NCBI GenBank assembly: GCA_004764695.1
Contig: SMSO01000014.1
Coordinates: 1,979,648 to 2,043,647, forward strand
Source of the DNA: Schizochytrium sp. TIO01
Taxonomy: Eukaryota > Protista > Bigyra: Labyrinthulomycetes
Length of the DNA stretch: 64,000 nt
Direction of reading: 5' to 3'
Part shown: piece by piece, positions 49,514 to 60,837 of the stretch
How the letters are laid out: each line of letters opens with the position of its first letter
How positions within the stretch are numbered: position 1 is the first letter of the stretch
Notes under the pieces: model-generated
Database searches by the model: none
What the model was told of the DNA's origin: nothing
The model's input: only the letters and a program-made list of their open reading frames with translations
Program-made: the position numbers and the translations under genes

Positions 49514-50295
49514 CGAGAGATCTCGCTGAAGCTTACTAACGAGTTCGTGAACGAAAGCACCGCTTTCGCAAGCGTCCTCGGAAGAATTAAGTTAACCGTC
49601 TAACCCACCTGGTGGAGTTACAGAAACGTTCTTGACTGGTGTCTCATCCCGGTCGTCTCATCTCTTCCTCTGTTTGCTTGAAAAAGCAGTCAATTCGTCC
49701 ATCGACACCCGCATTTTCACTGCTACGAAAGGTGAGAATTTCCCATAATATTTGCTAGAACGAAAGCACAGCTGCTCTTGAAGAGATTGAATAGCAATAA
49801 GACGTGCAAGGGCAAAGGCAGCTAGCTGGCTGCTTGGTTGACGACTAAACAGTTGGTGGCCGGTCGAGGTTAATTTCAGAAGCAGGGGGTTCATCCATTG
49901 TACTGGGGGGCGAATTAATCGCATCTTCAAGTCAGCGTAAAGAGTATCTTGAAGTTGAGGAACGTGCCATATAGCTCTAAGTCCGGGCTGAAAAATCCCT
50001 CCTGTTGATTTTGGCTTGAAACTTAGCACAGGGTGCGAGCGCGCGCAGAAAAGTAGACTCCCTGATCATACAGCAGCGCACGTCACCACCAAAACTTTTC
50101 GGGGAAAAGAAAAACGAAATCTCTCATCACCAGCAACATCATCATTCTATTATCATTATCACCAGATAATCCTTTCTGATTGCTACCACAGTGATTATCT
50201 GCAGAGCAAGTTATCATTTTGTTTCTTAGCTGAGATCTGGGGGAGACAAGATAAATTAAATATTCTGGTCTTCAAATAATTTATTTTGGAGTATC

Positions 50296-53200
50296 ATGGC
50301 TCGGGGAGTCATTGCCGGAGGTCTTTTCTTCGGAGTTTTTGCATGTTTTGCATTTATTCTCGCATCTGCGCTGCCGCTATGGTGGTACACAACTACTGAA
50401 CTCGAAGGTGACATGTGCGCATGTGGTACAGGTCTCTGGCGAGCAAATTTCACGTGGGGCGATGATTTAACGCAACCAGATCTACTCGGAGGCCCGTACA
50501 TTTGTTCCTCGGAATCGCCGCGTATGACAAAAGGCTGTGATGCCCCTTACACATTACAGTCAGAAACTCGCAGTAAGGGGCATGCTGCTGGAGCGCTTTC
50601 AATTCTTGCTACTATCGCTTCATTTTCAACATTATTTTGTGCATTCTTAGCAATCGCTGAGCGTCGTGATTTGCAGAACTTCCGAAGGAACGTGCTCTGC
50701 TCAATTCTATCATGCCTTACAGCCATCGCTTTCGAAGTGGCTACTATTGTTGTTTTCATGGGAACCCCGCTATTTGACAATCTTGGTTACAATTTTCAAT
50801 GTCACTTTATTTTCGACCATGCTCTTAACTCCAACCCTCTTCGCTGCCAAGCTCTCGGACCTTCGTTCGGTTTGGCAATTGGAGGATGTATTCTCAGCTG
50901 TTTCTCATGCGCCATGTTTGTACTGGCTTATCGAAACCCTCATTATATCGATCCTAACACTGGCCGGTACTCAATGTTCGAGCATACATTACTTGGAGCT
51001 CGCCCCTTGGACCCACCGGTTCGACCCGAGTATGCCGATTGTGATTCACAATGTCAGCCAATCTTGGCTCCATATGAATGTCAGAACGGAGATGATCGTG
51101 ATGACCACCTGGAGCAGCATTTGCTGCAAAGTGTTGGGTCTTCAAACAGACTGGATAACCCCTCTCATCATGCAACTGCGCTCGACGCCCCTTTATCTGG
51201 CTCTGCTGCACTAAGCTCACTCCAAGATCAGCCCGAAACCCCTTTATTATTAGGCTCTTCAAACACAATGGCCCACGAAAATCAAAACAAAAAACCTATG
51301 TGCGGAATGCAGAGCTTACCACTTTCGTGTGGAGATTTCATCCGCTTGTTCTACATTCCTACCTTGCTTATTCTGAACGCAGCGCTATTTACATGGTCAA
51401 ATTGCTCCACAGGTGCAACAGTGGAACCGGATATTAGCATTACATTTCCCAAAGAATTTCGCTGGCTTGGGCATAAAATATTTCCCCATCAAATGGACGA
51501 GTCCGGTGTTGTAGCATTCAAGGATGACGTGTTCAATTTTACAATCTTCACCTCATTGCGACACTTCTGGTCAGGACATGCCTATGGGCTAGCTATTCTT
51601 ATTGGTGCATTTTCTGGATGCTGGCCATATATCAAGCTGTTTACAATGATGTGCCTATGGTTTATCCCTGCTCGCGAGAAGCTTCGCGGCAAATTTCTTC
51701 ATTGGCTTGATGTGCTTGGCAAATGGAGCCTTGTAGATGCATATGTTCTTTGCCTTATGGCAGTTGCTTTTGGTTTTGATGCAGACAAAAGTATCGCCGG
51801 AATCCGTGTAAAAGTGAAAATGTCTGTACGCCCTGGTTGGGGGGTATACTCGTTCGTGATTGCGACGATGATTAGTTTGTGCTTGTCACATTTCATGACA
51901 CACCTGCATCGCCATGCAATGGAGAGCCGCGAATTCTCACCTGCACTTTTAAAGTCAATGGCTCGTCCTCCTCGAGAGCAGCTCTCAAACCGCTCCTACG
52001 CACCATTTCCTCGTCGACGCCGTTTCACATGCTCCAACATTGGTCAATTTATTACTTGGTTTGTTCTTTTAGGTACACTCAGCAACACTCTTGCGGGACA
52101 GCTCATCCGCACATTTGAGTTTCGTTTTTCGGGAATTGCTGATCTCATTCTAGCACCAGAAAAACGGAACACGACATATTCTCTTGTAACAAATGGACTC
52201 CTGCTGCCGGAAGCATGCAGCCAAGGTGGATTTCTTTCTGGTGGCAACTGGGCTTGGTTTATGACAATCATGTACTTCGCTTTCGCAATGGTGATTCCAC
52301 TCATGATGCTCGTCACTCTAGCGATTTTGTGGGGTGTGCCAATGACATTGCAATCTACAAAACGCTTATTCCATTTTTGCCAGATCCTTCAAGCATGGAG
52401 CGCTCTTGATGTTTTTATTGTTAGTATTGTAGCTGCTGTTTTGGAAATTGGCAGTCTCTCAGAGGCAATCATTGCAAGCAGCTTTTCAGAGCAACAAGCG
52501 GGGCTTTGCAAGTTCTTTAAAGAAATCCCCAAGTGGATGCTTGACCCTATTCTGCGCTCTCTTGGTTTGCCATCAATTGATGCCGAGCTAGAGCACTGTG
52601 CACTCTTCCGTGTTGATGCTGTGCTTCTTGAAGGAACATGGTTACTTATATCTGGCATTGTAGCTTGGGCATTATGCACGCAGCTTATTATGGAGTTTGC
52701 AGATGCTAGTATTGTTGAACGGACTCGCATTCTCGAAGTTCTCAGTGGTGAGGACGAAGTGGACTCTGATCTCCTTGACCCTTACGAGGTTTTCCGTGTT
52801 CAGTCCGGCAGCATATGGGGCGCTCCAGAAAGCGCACTTGGCGATGACCAAGACATGCTGCCACCGGATAACAACCTTGATCAACAGCTTCTAGAGAACC
52901 ACGAACCCAGCGATGACCTACCTTTGCCACCTAGTGTTGCACGAGAGGGGCGCGATCGAGTTCTTCGTCATCATGTACAATCAATGGATTCTTGCATTCC
53001 TGTGGAAGCTGTGAACTCAAGCGTTTATTTGCGCAAGATCCTCCAAGCACAAGAGGAAGGCGCTCGGCGCTATGTTGGTTCATTTGGAGACGGAATGTAT
53101 GGACCATTTCCACGAAGCTGGTGGCCCTTTTTCAATCGACTTGGCGTTTTGGACAAGGTTGCTTGGGATAAAGTTGGTTTTGACATCCATGCAGCGCTGT

Positions 53201-53364
53201 TAATGAATGTTTTTGCCCAGAGAGATGAAGGTGCTCGATCTGCGCATGCACGTGGTCAGTGGATCCCGGCATCTCCTTACACTGCTGCAAGCCCTGCAGC
53301 ACAAGAAGCAGAATTGGCATCGCCTGAGCCTACATCGCTTCACAGATCAAGCTCATCCCAGTAA
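50296..53364 (+). CDS. Polytopic membrane protein: N-terminal claudin/PMP22-like 4TM domain fused to two PqiA (paraquat-inducible protein A / LetA-like) domains
   Basis: aa 1-213 show TM1, LPLWW...GLW...C...C, TM2, TM3 and GPSFGLAIGG-TM4 (claudin-superfamily pattern). PqiA signatures occur twice: FTIFTSLRHFW...LAILIGAFSGCWPYIKL...LDVLGKWSLVDAYVL and YSLVTNGLLL...FAMVIPLMML...ILQAWSALDVFIVSI. 1022 aa, intronless. Confidence 0.85.
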   Translation: MARGVIAGGLFFGVFACFAFILASALPLWWYTTTELEGDMCACGTGLWRANFTWGDDLTQPDLLGGPYICSSESPRMTKGCDAPYTLQSETRSKGHAAGALSILATIASFSTLFCAFLAIAERRDLQNFRRNVLCSILSCLTAIAFEVATIVVFMGTPLFDNLGYNFQCHFIFDHALNSNPLRCQALGPSFGLAIGGCILSCFSCAMFVLAYRNPHYIDPNTGRYSMFEHTLLGARPLDPPVRPEYADCDSQCQPILAPYECQNGDDRDDHLEQHLLQSVGSSNRLDNPSHHATALDAPLSGSAALSSLQDQPETPLLLGSSNTMAHENQNKKPMCGMQSLPLSCGDFIRLFYIPTLLILNAALFTWSNCSTGATVEPDISITFPKEFRWLGHKIFPHQMDESGVVAFKDDVFNFTIFTSLRHFWSGHAYGLAILIGAFSGCWPYIKLFTMMCLWFIPAREKLRGKFLHWLDVLGKWSLVDAYVLCLMAVAFGFDADKSIAGIRVKVKMSVRPGWGVYSFVIATMISLCLSHFMTHLHRHAMESREFSPALLKSMARPPREQLSNRSYAPFPRRRRFTCSNIGQFITWFVLLGTLSNTLAGQLIRTFEFRFSGIADLILAPEKRNTTYSLVTNGLLLPEACSQGGFLSGGNWAWFMTIMYFAFAMVIPLMMLVTLAILWGVPMTLQSTKRLFHFCQILQAWSALDVFIVSIVAAVLEIGSLSEAIIASSFSEQQAGLCKFFKEIPKWMLDPILRSLGLPSIDAELEHCALFRVDAVLLEGTWLLISGIVAWALCTQLIMEFADASIVERTRILEVLSGEDEVDSDLLDPYEVFRVQSGSIWGAPESALGDDQDMLPPDNNLDQQLLENHEPSDDLPLPPSVAREGRDRVLRHHVQSMDSCIPVEAVNSSVYLRKILQAQEEGARRYVGSFGDGMYGPFPRSWWPFFNRLGVLDKVAWDKVGFDIHAALLMNVFAQRDEGARSAHARGQWIPASPYTAASPAAQEAELASPEPTSLHRSSSSQ

Positions 53365-53696
53365 TAATGGGTAATAATTATTATATCCAAAGTGCAAAAC
53401 CACACAGATAGTATCACTTAATCGTGATTTTGATCTCCTAACACTGTTTTGAAATTTGAATTTGAAGTTATATTCTGTTTTCATGTGATTCAAATACCTC
53501 ATCTTCCTTCGTGTTGCAAATGCTCGTCAAACCCTCCCCGAAAACTCAATCGATTGGTCGATTCACATGTATGAGAATAGAATGCTCTAACTTAATTTTA
53601 GTTAATCAAAAAGTATGAAATGTTGATAGTGGCAAAGTTCGCTTTATGTAAAATCAAAGATACCTTCTATGCATCAAGCAGATACAGGTATTCGTA

Positions 53697-55510
53697 TTAC
53701 ATGGCAAATGCAGCACCTGTGCATGTAATACCATTGAAAACATATGTGTTCGACAACACCACATATTGATGCGTGATGAGTTTGACAGCCTCCTGGGATG
53801 CAATACCACCAATGATTGCTGCAATATTGTGCATTTCAGTAGCACCGTAACGCACAAACTCCCTTGCATGGTCAATAGTGATATTCAAGGGAGATTCCAA
53901 ACTAAGTTCGTTCCTAATTTCTTGCGCCATGCCAAATAGATTCTGGGCTTCGCTTTCACCATTTTCTTCGAGCTCGAGATTTCCGTTTTGACCAGGGTAC
54001 CGACCACACTTTCGCAGAAAACGATCACACGCACGAAGCATCACGTAGAAAAGAAGGGGCGACTGCGGGCCGCTGTCACCAACACCATCCATGATAGCCA
54101 TCTCCATGTCCTCTTTGTTTACCTTTGCTGGGTCAATTTCATCGCGAACACAGGAACTTTCCATAACGCGAATGTGGTAGGCGTTCTTGCAAAACAGATT
54201 CACATCATCTCGTGTGAGAATTGACGAGTCAAGACCAAGTGCATTGATAAGAGTAAGGCAGCGATCATAAATATCGTTTGCATCTGCTTCAGCCTTTTCT
54301 TTATAAAGACGCTGCAGATCTACATACATGCTTGTCGTTGCAGTCATATCCGGAAGTTTACCAGACAGCGGAAGCTTTGGCGTTCCTGATTGAGACTCAA
54401 CAAAGCCCTTGAGCGCGCGGGCCATAACCCAAAAGCGAACATTGAAAGGTTCAAGCTTGAGAGGTAGTGGACCATCACCACAAATCGGGTTTTCAAACAA
54501 CTCAGCAACTTCCGGTGGGATACCCTTCGGGGTGTAAGCCAAGAAAGCATTTTGAAAAGCCTCGAGCAAATTTTCTTCCTCCCCCCAAGAACTACGAGCC
54601 TGCGACTTTACCATGTCTTTAAATTGCTTCTTTTCATCCATCGATGATGGCAGCTTGCCTTCATGCTCATTCTTCCACTTTTTAGACATTTTCAAGAGGA
54701 TAATTACAAATGGAGTGTGCTTATACTCCTTACTATCCATAGAGTCTAGGTCGACACTATCAACGTAAGTGCTAAGTTCAGGAAATGGATCTGCGATTCG
54801 TAGATCTTCCATGGGTTCTGGTGAGGGTTTTGACTCAATTACACAGTGTGTGTTGCTGATGATACGGCAAATTCCAATAAAACCATATGTACGGGCCACA
54901 ACGATAGGAACGTTGCTAGGAAAAAGAATCTCTTCGATAGCTAGAATATCGTGTTCTGCCAATTCCGTTGCAATCACCAAGGTAAAGCTACTCATTGAGC
55001 TACGCTTTTGCCTCACATACTCTACAGGGTCTGCCACCACGTAATCGCCCTTCACGTCCGGGTTGAGTTCCTGCAAAAGTTCGCAAGTCACCTGTGCTCG
55101 GTTATTGCCCTCGGTTTCTGGAGTCACAAAGAAGTTGTTGCTCAGATCAGACTTGCCAACCAGCTCATCGTCAACCACCGTAAACTTGCCAATACCAGGC
55201 AGCACAAGATTCTTCAAAGTTTCTGTTCCTGTTGGTCCCGCCTAAAGACACATTAAGCAGGGAATCAAAGCAAGCGATGTCGAAAGTTGCAGTGGCATGT
55301 CCACGTCAATCCGTGCGTTAGCCTCGAGTTCACCTATAGCTTCCCTTTTCATGCATTCTCCTCCTGTAAATACGATGATATTCCTTATCGAGCCTCGCCG
55401 CCGAGAGCACTTACCTTGAGAAGCAGGATGTGCGCCTCCGCCAAGCATTTCTGGCCATGGCTCCCCCAGAGTCGCAGCTGCCGGTCATATTTCGCTGCTG
55501 CCTCGTCCAT
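53697..55510 (-). CDS. NAE1: NEDD8-activating enzyme E1 regulatory subunit (APP-BP1/AXR1/Ula1); exons 55510..55415 and 55241..53697
   Basis: Exon 1 encodes [32 protein letters not shown], followed by a GTAAGT donor. The 173-nt intron ends TTTAG. Exon 2 encodes [24 protein letters not shown]...[11 protein letters not shown]...[14 protein letters not shown]...[33 protein letters not shown]. Confidence 0.95.
55242..55414 (-). other. Spliceosomal GT-AG intron of NAE1 (phase 0)
   Basis: AAG|GTAAGT...TGTCTTTAG|GCG. Splicing restores the conserved E1 N-terminal reading frame. Confidence 0.9.
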
Positions 55511-57672
55511 GGTGAGACACTTGGACGTATAGTTGTAGCAAGATTTCTAGAATTCACAGCTCACGCGAGTTTGGTCTTTGCTTTCCAACGCTGCATGTAT
55601 GAAGATCTTCTACCTACTCATTAATTATCCATCTCATTTGTTTTTTTTAACACCTTAATTAAAAAAATGCTCTATTCATTCACTGTTATACTTCATCCTA
55701 TGGTCTGTGGTAGTGAATTTTCGTCAGCATCTTTCGGCGTGCAAAACACATTGTGTTGAATATTCGAACAGAATGCCGCTAGCACTTACAACTTGTTCCA
55801 CGGTAGGCGCTTCTTTAGAAGTGCCTTCCCTTGCTGCCGGATTTCGAATCGGACATTTCCATAAGTTATTAAGTTGACCCCTTTCTGATACATCTATTCT
55901 GCGTCATCCAGGCCAACGCAGAGTTCCTGGCGTATCCGGAGCGTTCTTCTGAAGTGAAGACCTAAGGAATAATACATCAAATGATGGTAGTACCATTCTA
56001 CCCGGTATCTTCGTAGAGTAGAGTATGCACAGATATAGACTTTTCCGTGAAGGAAAGACGTAAGTGGGCAAGAGCTTCGTGAGTATAACAAATTGTGTGA
56101 ACGCTTCGAACACAAATGGCAACTTGGTGGAACTTCTTCACTTTACGTCTATCTTCTTGGCTAGAACTTGACGTTCATCGTTATAGTACCACTTGGATTT
56201 ATATAAACCATCTAAAACAGTTTTCTTGTATATACTAGCCCTACTCTATCTATGGAACTGGACAAAGGGGGGTCTGGTTTCCACCCAGGAACTCGAGGCA
56301 CTGCTCGGAGCTCGAGTCGAGTCTTCAAAATAACTGGACAGTCCTCTGAAACGCAAGAACGGGTTGTATTTGCTTTAAGCTGACGTGTCTACCGTCCCCA
56401 AACCCCTAATTGCTAACCAACCCATTGCACTAAGAGAGACCTTGAAGTGATGACGCTGTTCTGGTCGCTGGCCTATTAAGTTCCTCGCGTTCGCTTTCCA
56501 GATTTGATCTCAATGTTCAGCAACCAGCAGCGCTAGAGAGGTGTGCCTCCAAGGTATTCATGAAAGCAATACCTCTCCTCCAACACTCTAATGAGATTAT
56601 CCTTCTCAAGTCTTGCACCATGCATAAGATATAGAAATTAAGTTGAGATCATGAACCCAGTGGAAAAAAGGTATGAGTGAGGCTATGCCTATTGTCATAT
56701 CCAATATAAAAAGATACGATGATCGAGGTATACAATGTGTTTTCAATGGAGCCACAATATTATCTGCATTCCCGACTAAACAGCCACAGAGTCCCACGTA
56801 CATTGAGCGAGAAAGCATAACTCTAATATACAATCACAATCGTATCCCATCAAATGATCAACTTCACAGAAGCATCATATAATATGCCTAAAAGAACAAA
56901 CATAGAACTGGTCTTTAAGCAAGCTGCCTCAAACTAGATGTTGCTGTAGTCTATGTCAGTAAGATTATGCTATCTTGGTTGATGCTGACGATGATGATGA
57001 TGTTGATTTCCAACGCCCAATCCCATGAGACTTCGTATGTACCAGCACTCATCCGAGCACTTGATTGATACATACAAGACACGTGTATTTCACCACTTCT
57101 ACACTCACAGTAAATAAATAAAGGACTTGGGTATCCTAACGGCCGCTTATGATCAATAAAACGGTCTATAAAGTTCGTGAAAACCTCTGTAGCTCTTCTC
57201 GCAGCCAATTCTATGCCGTAAACCACACATAGAAAACAATTTCGACTCTTATTATCTTATTATCAATGATCCCAGAGAATGTATTAGCCGATCAAGATAG
57301 TTATCCGCCTGAGAAGGGAAAAACTCATTGTAAATAATTGTATATCCCCGTTGCTAACTGAAATAATAGGCCTAGGTATATTATTTACCTGAAGAAAATA
57401 GTCTACTTATCGCAACAATTATTCATAGAGTATAAGTAGAACATTTTTTGTTGTACTTTTAGGATACACAGGTCAAAGTATTATTCATTTTTCTTTATTC
57501 TAGTGCTGATTTTATATTTTTATAAAAATTCAAGTCAACTTGTTTGGAAAATCGATTGTTAGCTGATTTTTTTGCAAAACGGAAACGCAAAGTTAAGTGG
57601 GCTCCTGCGCATTTGCGGAGGACTGAGGCGGTCCCTGAGGCGGGCTGCGGCGTCGTTTCTGAATTAGGAAGT

Positions 57673-60600
57673 ATGGACACTCGTGAGGAGCATGGTGGCC
57701 GCTATGACGTTGGCAGATCTAACGAAGGTCCCACGATGGTAGGCATGGCCATGAACGGCCCTCCTGCCGGTCAGCGCGAGTATCACCAAGAACAAATGCG
57801 CGGCGCAATGGCCATGAAGAAAACCCGCCCAGGAGCTGGGCAGGCAGCTGTGGCTCACAACTCTGCTCCAGGTAAAGGCCCCAAACAAATTAAGTTCGAG
57901 GTTGTATATTGCTCAGGAGAGCACCCTGAATTTCCTGCTTCAGAACTAAATGTACATTCGCCACAAACTAAGGGATGGCAATCGCCAGCATTCTGTCCGT
58001 ATCCCCAGGAGATTGGACTTGGGTTTTTGATTGGCGAAGTCGAGCTTGCACAGCTGCAGATTCTATCGCACCAATCCAACATTGCTACTAAAATTGACGT
58101 TTATGTGGGAAGAGGCGCATCTTACGAAACCTGTACCTTCAAAAGACTGGGGCATTTGAGTCTTGATAAGAACGAACGCAGCGGATATGCAGCGAGAGAG
58201 CTTAAGTCTGTTTATATTGGCAAGCAAGGCTCATTTCTGAAGCTTTTGATTCACAAGTGCCACCTTAGCAGACCTAATATCTATAATCAGACAGGCATCA
58301 TGGCCATCAACGTTCTTGGACATCCAATTGGACACATGCCGCCAAATAAAATCGGGATTGCTAATCACCATGATCCACGCTCTGAACGTCCTTCGTACCC
58401 GTCAGCTGCGGCAAGGCAGGTTCCCCCACTTCAGGATCTTGCCGTGGATATGAACTTTGATCCTGTTACTGCTAAGCTTCTACGTGAGGTCCACGAGGCA
58501 AAGGAGCGCGCTGTTGAGGAAGAGGAATACGAGTTGGCTAAGCAGCTCAAAGAAGCTGAAAGTAGACTTAAGCACATTGGAGTTAAGATTGCAAAGCTCG
58601 AGGAGGCGAAACGCGATGCTGTGGCTTGTGAAGATTATGACCAAGCAGCCATTCTCAAGCGTGATATTCAAGCAGTCAGAGGCAACCTTGAGGCAGAAAT
58701 TCATCCTCTTCTGTACAGGAGACCATCCGCTCGCCAGCCATCAAATGCTTCAATGCCTCAACAAAACCAACTGTCGCAGAGTCAACTCCAACCGCAACAG
58801 TTTAGTAATGGCGGACTCCATGGGCATCCTTATCCCAATGGCAACAGTGTGAGCAGTATGAATAGCATTCATAACAGCGGCAGCAACAATAACAACCACA
58901 ATAGCAACAGCAATTTGAGCAATCATGGAATGTACGGTTATCAAGGCGGTGACCACCAGGCTATGAATAGCATGTATAACGATAGGCCTGAGGAGAGCCC
59001 TCATTATGGTGCTGTTGGAACTGGACTTGATGACTCCCGAGAAATCGCCCCAATGCACTCGCAGCAACACACTATTGCACCGCACGAGGATGAGCGTCCG
59101 CTTCCTGTCCTTCAACACCAGAGTCCGCATGGAAATAGCCAAAATCCCCTAGGAATGCCATCGCCAAACGGCATTCACTCGGCGCGATCCACGGGCCGTT
59201 TGCCTGGCGGAGATGACGGTGCTTACAACGAGGTTGAGCCTGTTGGTCCGGCAACAGATCCTGCTATTATTCAAGAAGCTTTGTCTGGTGTTGCTGGTGC
59301 AGAGGATCTTCCCGAAGCCGAGCCTCTTCCTACCGGTCTAGGAAACGAGGTGCAACCTCTTGTTGATGCTTTTGGTGAATATCTTGTGCGTTGCTTGTAT
59401 AGTCGCCAGGTGCGTCTGCGGTCAGCTGCAATGTCGAAATTAGAGATCGATATGGACCAGAAGTTCGACTTCAGTGATGGCCGTATCTTCGGTGCAATTT
59501 GCACTGTTTGCCGTCTGTCAATCTCCGACAAGATTGCTAATATTTACATGCAGGGTGTAAAGCTTCTCGAAATGGCCAGCACAAAGGCTAACGACGCAAT
59601 GAGGCGCCAAGACATCCACCCTTTGGTGGAGCCATTGATGACTCCTATTGTGGAAAAACTGGGCAATAACGCTGCACGAATTCGTGATGCTACTTCTCAG
59701 CTTTTGCAGCATCTCGCACGCCTTAAAGCATTTGGTGTGCACCTCGTCACAGCCGCAGTTTTAAAACTACTCCGGCCTGGCAAGAGCATGTTGTGGCGCC
59801 AACTGCTTGGTCGTCTTAAACTTCTTTCTGAGATGATTCCTGAATTCGGAATGAAAGAGAACAATGGCCTTCTCCTTGAACCTGTGATGACTCTCATTAC
59901 AGCATACAATGGCCATATTCACCCGAATGCAGAAGTTCGAGAATGCGCCAAGGAGGTGGTTTTTCAGGCATATGCTCAAGTTGGCGAAGCAGTGTTACCG
60001 TACCTGACTGACTTACGTCCTAAACAAATGGAGGAATATGAGGCTGGTTTCGACCAAATTGATCAGTCACAAGGACGATCACCGACCAAAAGAGCAAATA
60101 TGCGCCACGAAGGCGATGCAAAGCCAACTGCGCGCTCTGCTCGCTCCCATGGCTCACCAACTGGGGGAAAATCTAAAAAGAGTGCTCGCAAATCCAACGG
60201 GTGGGTGGGGGGAAGCCTGGCTGGCTCACCAAACCCGCGTTTCAGAAACAGCAAAGTGTCTTCTTCGCAAGACTTTGATGATCCAAGCGCTTCTTCGCCA
60301 AAGTCCCAGGATGTCAACATTAATATCAATGTGACACATCATCAAGGTAACCGTCGTGGTAACGATGAGGACCTTCTCGACAGCCAGAATGAGCATGGCC
60401 AGGATGAGGATGAATCTTTTGAAGAGGAGCCATTTACATGCCAGTTCTGTGGTAGACACGACCCCGAGTTCACTGACGATGCACTCGATATTCATTACTG
60501 GAAAGAATGTCCAATGTTGACGAGTTGCTTGCAATGCGAGCAGGTCATCGAAGTGGCCATGCTCAATGAGCATTTGCTAAACGAATGTGAGATGAAACAC

Positions 60601-60837
60601 AACCACAAAAAATGCCCTAGGTGCGGGGAGGCAATTGCCGCACAGTACTTCAACCAGCACGTAAAACGTGCTTCATGCCGCCCAGCAAAGCCTGCATCAA
60701 AAGCAAACCGGTGCCCCCTTTGTCACGACGATGTCAAACCTGGTGAGGATGGTTGGCGAGAGCACATTCTTACACAGCCTGGCTGTACTAAGAACCCTCG
60801 AACTGAGCACTTGCGTGGCGATGAAGACTACGAGTAA
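57673..60837 (+). CDS. CEP104: Centrosomal/ciliary tip protein CEP104 (FAP256) homolog
   Basis: N-terminal jelly-roll (SGEHPEFPASELNVHSPQTKGWQSPAFCPYPQEI, LQILSHQSNIATKI, LSLDKNERSGYAARELKSV), UVR-like coiled coils (KERAVEEEEYELAKQLK, KRDAVACEDYDQAAILK), a TOG/HEAT region and C-terminal C2HC zinc fingers (CQFCG..LDIHYWKECPML..C..C..HLLNEC..CPRC..RCPLCH). First ATG at 57673. Confidence 0.93.
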   Translation: MDTREEHGGRYDVGRSNEGPTMVGMAMNGPPAGQREYHQEQMRGAMAMKKTRPGAGQAAVAHNSAPGKGPKQIKFEVVYCSGEHPEFPASELNVHSPQTKGWQSPAFCPYPQEIGLGFLIGEVELAQLQILSHQSNIATKIDVYVGRGASYETCTFKRLGHLSLDKNERSGYAARELKSVYIGKQGSFLKLLIHKCHLSRPNIYNQTGIMAINVLGHPIGHMPPNKIGIANHHDPRSERPSYPSAAARQVPPLQDLAVDMNFDPVTAKLLREVHEAKERAVEEEEYELAKQLKEAESRLKHIGVKIAKLEEAKRDAVACEDYDQAAILKRDIQAVRGNLEAEIHPLLYRRPSARQPSNASMPQQNQLSQSQLQPQQFSNGGLHGHPYPNGNSVSSMNSIHNSGSNNNNHNSNSNLSNHGMYGYQGGDHQAMNSMYNDRPEESPHYGAVGTGLDDSREIAPMHSQQHTIAPHEDERPLPVLQHQSPHGNSQNPLGMPSPNGIHSARSTGRLPGGDDGAYNEVEPVGPATDPAIIQEALSGVAGAEDLPEAEPLPTGLGNEVQPLVDAFGEYLVRCLYSRQVRLRSAAMSKLEIDMDQKFDFSDGRIFGAICTVCRLSISDKIANIYMQGVKLLEMASTKANDAMRRQDIHPLVEPLMTPIVEKLGNNAARIRDATSQLLQHLARLKAFGVHLVTAAVLKLLRPGKSMLWRQLLGRLKLLSEMIPEFGMKENNGLLLEPVMTLITAYNGHIHPNAEVRECAKEVVFQAYAQVGEAVLPYLTDLRPKQMEEYEAGFDQIDQSQGRSPTKRANMRHEGDAKPTARSARSHGSPTGGKSKKSARKSNGWVGGSLAGSPNPRFRNSKVSSSQDFDDPSASSPKSQDVNININVTHHQGNRRGNDEDLLDSQNEHGQDEDESFEEEPFTCQFCGRHDPEFTDDALDIHYWKECPMLTSCLQCEQVIEVAMLNEHLLNECEMKHNHKKCPRCGEAIAAQYFNQHVKRASCRPAKPASKANRCPLCHDDVKPGEDGWREHILTQPGCTKNPRTEHLRGDEDYE

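Noticed and set aside
36667-55510. Functional cluster of the F-box adaptor and NAE1 (cullin neddylation)
   Set aside because: They are 16 kb apart with an unrelated gene between them. F-box genes are numerous in eukaryotes, so proximity is likely chance.
55700-57500. Short ORFs between NAE1 and CEP104 as a possible transposon remnant
   Set aside because: No transposase or RT motifs, terminal inverted repeats or target-site duplications were recognisable.
57544-57672. N-terminal extensions from non-ATG starts in the ORF track (also for both GPCRs, the redoxin and the AKR)
   Set aside because: The gene set is eukaryotic, and the first in-frame ATGs give sensible N-termini or signal peptides.
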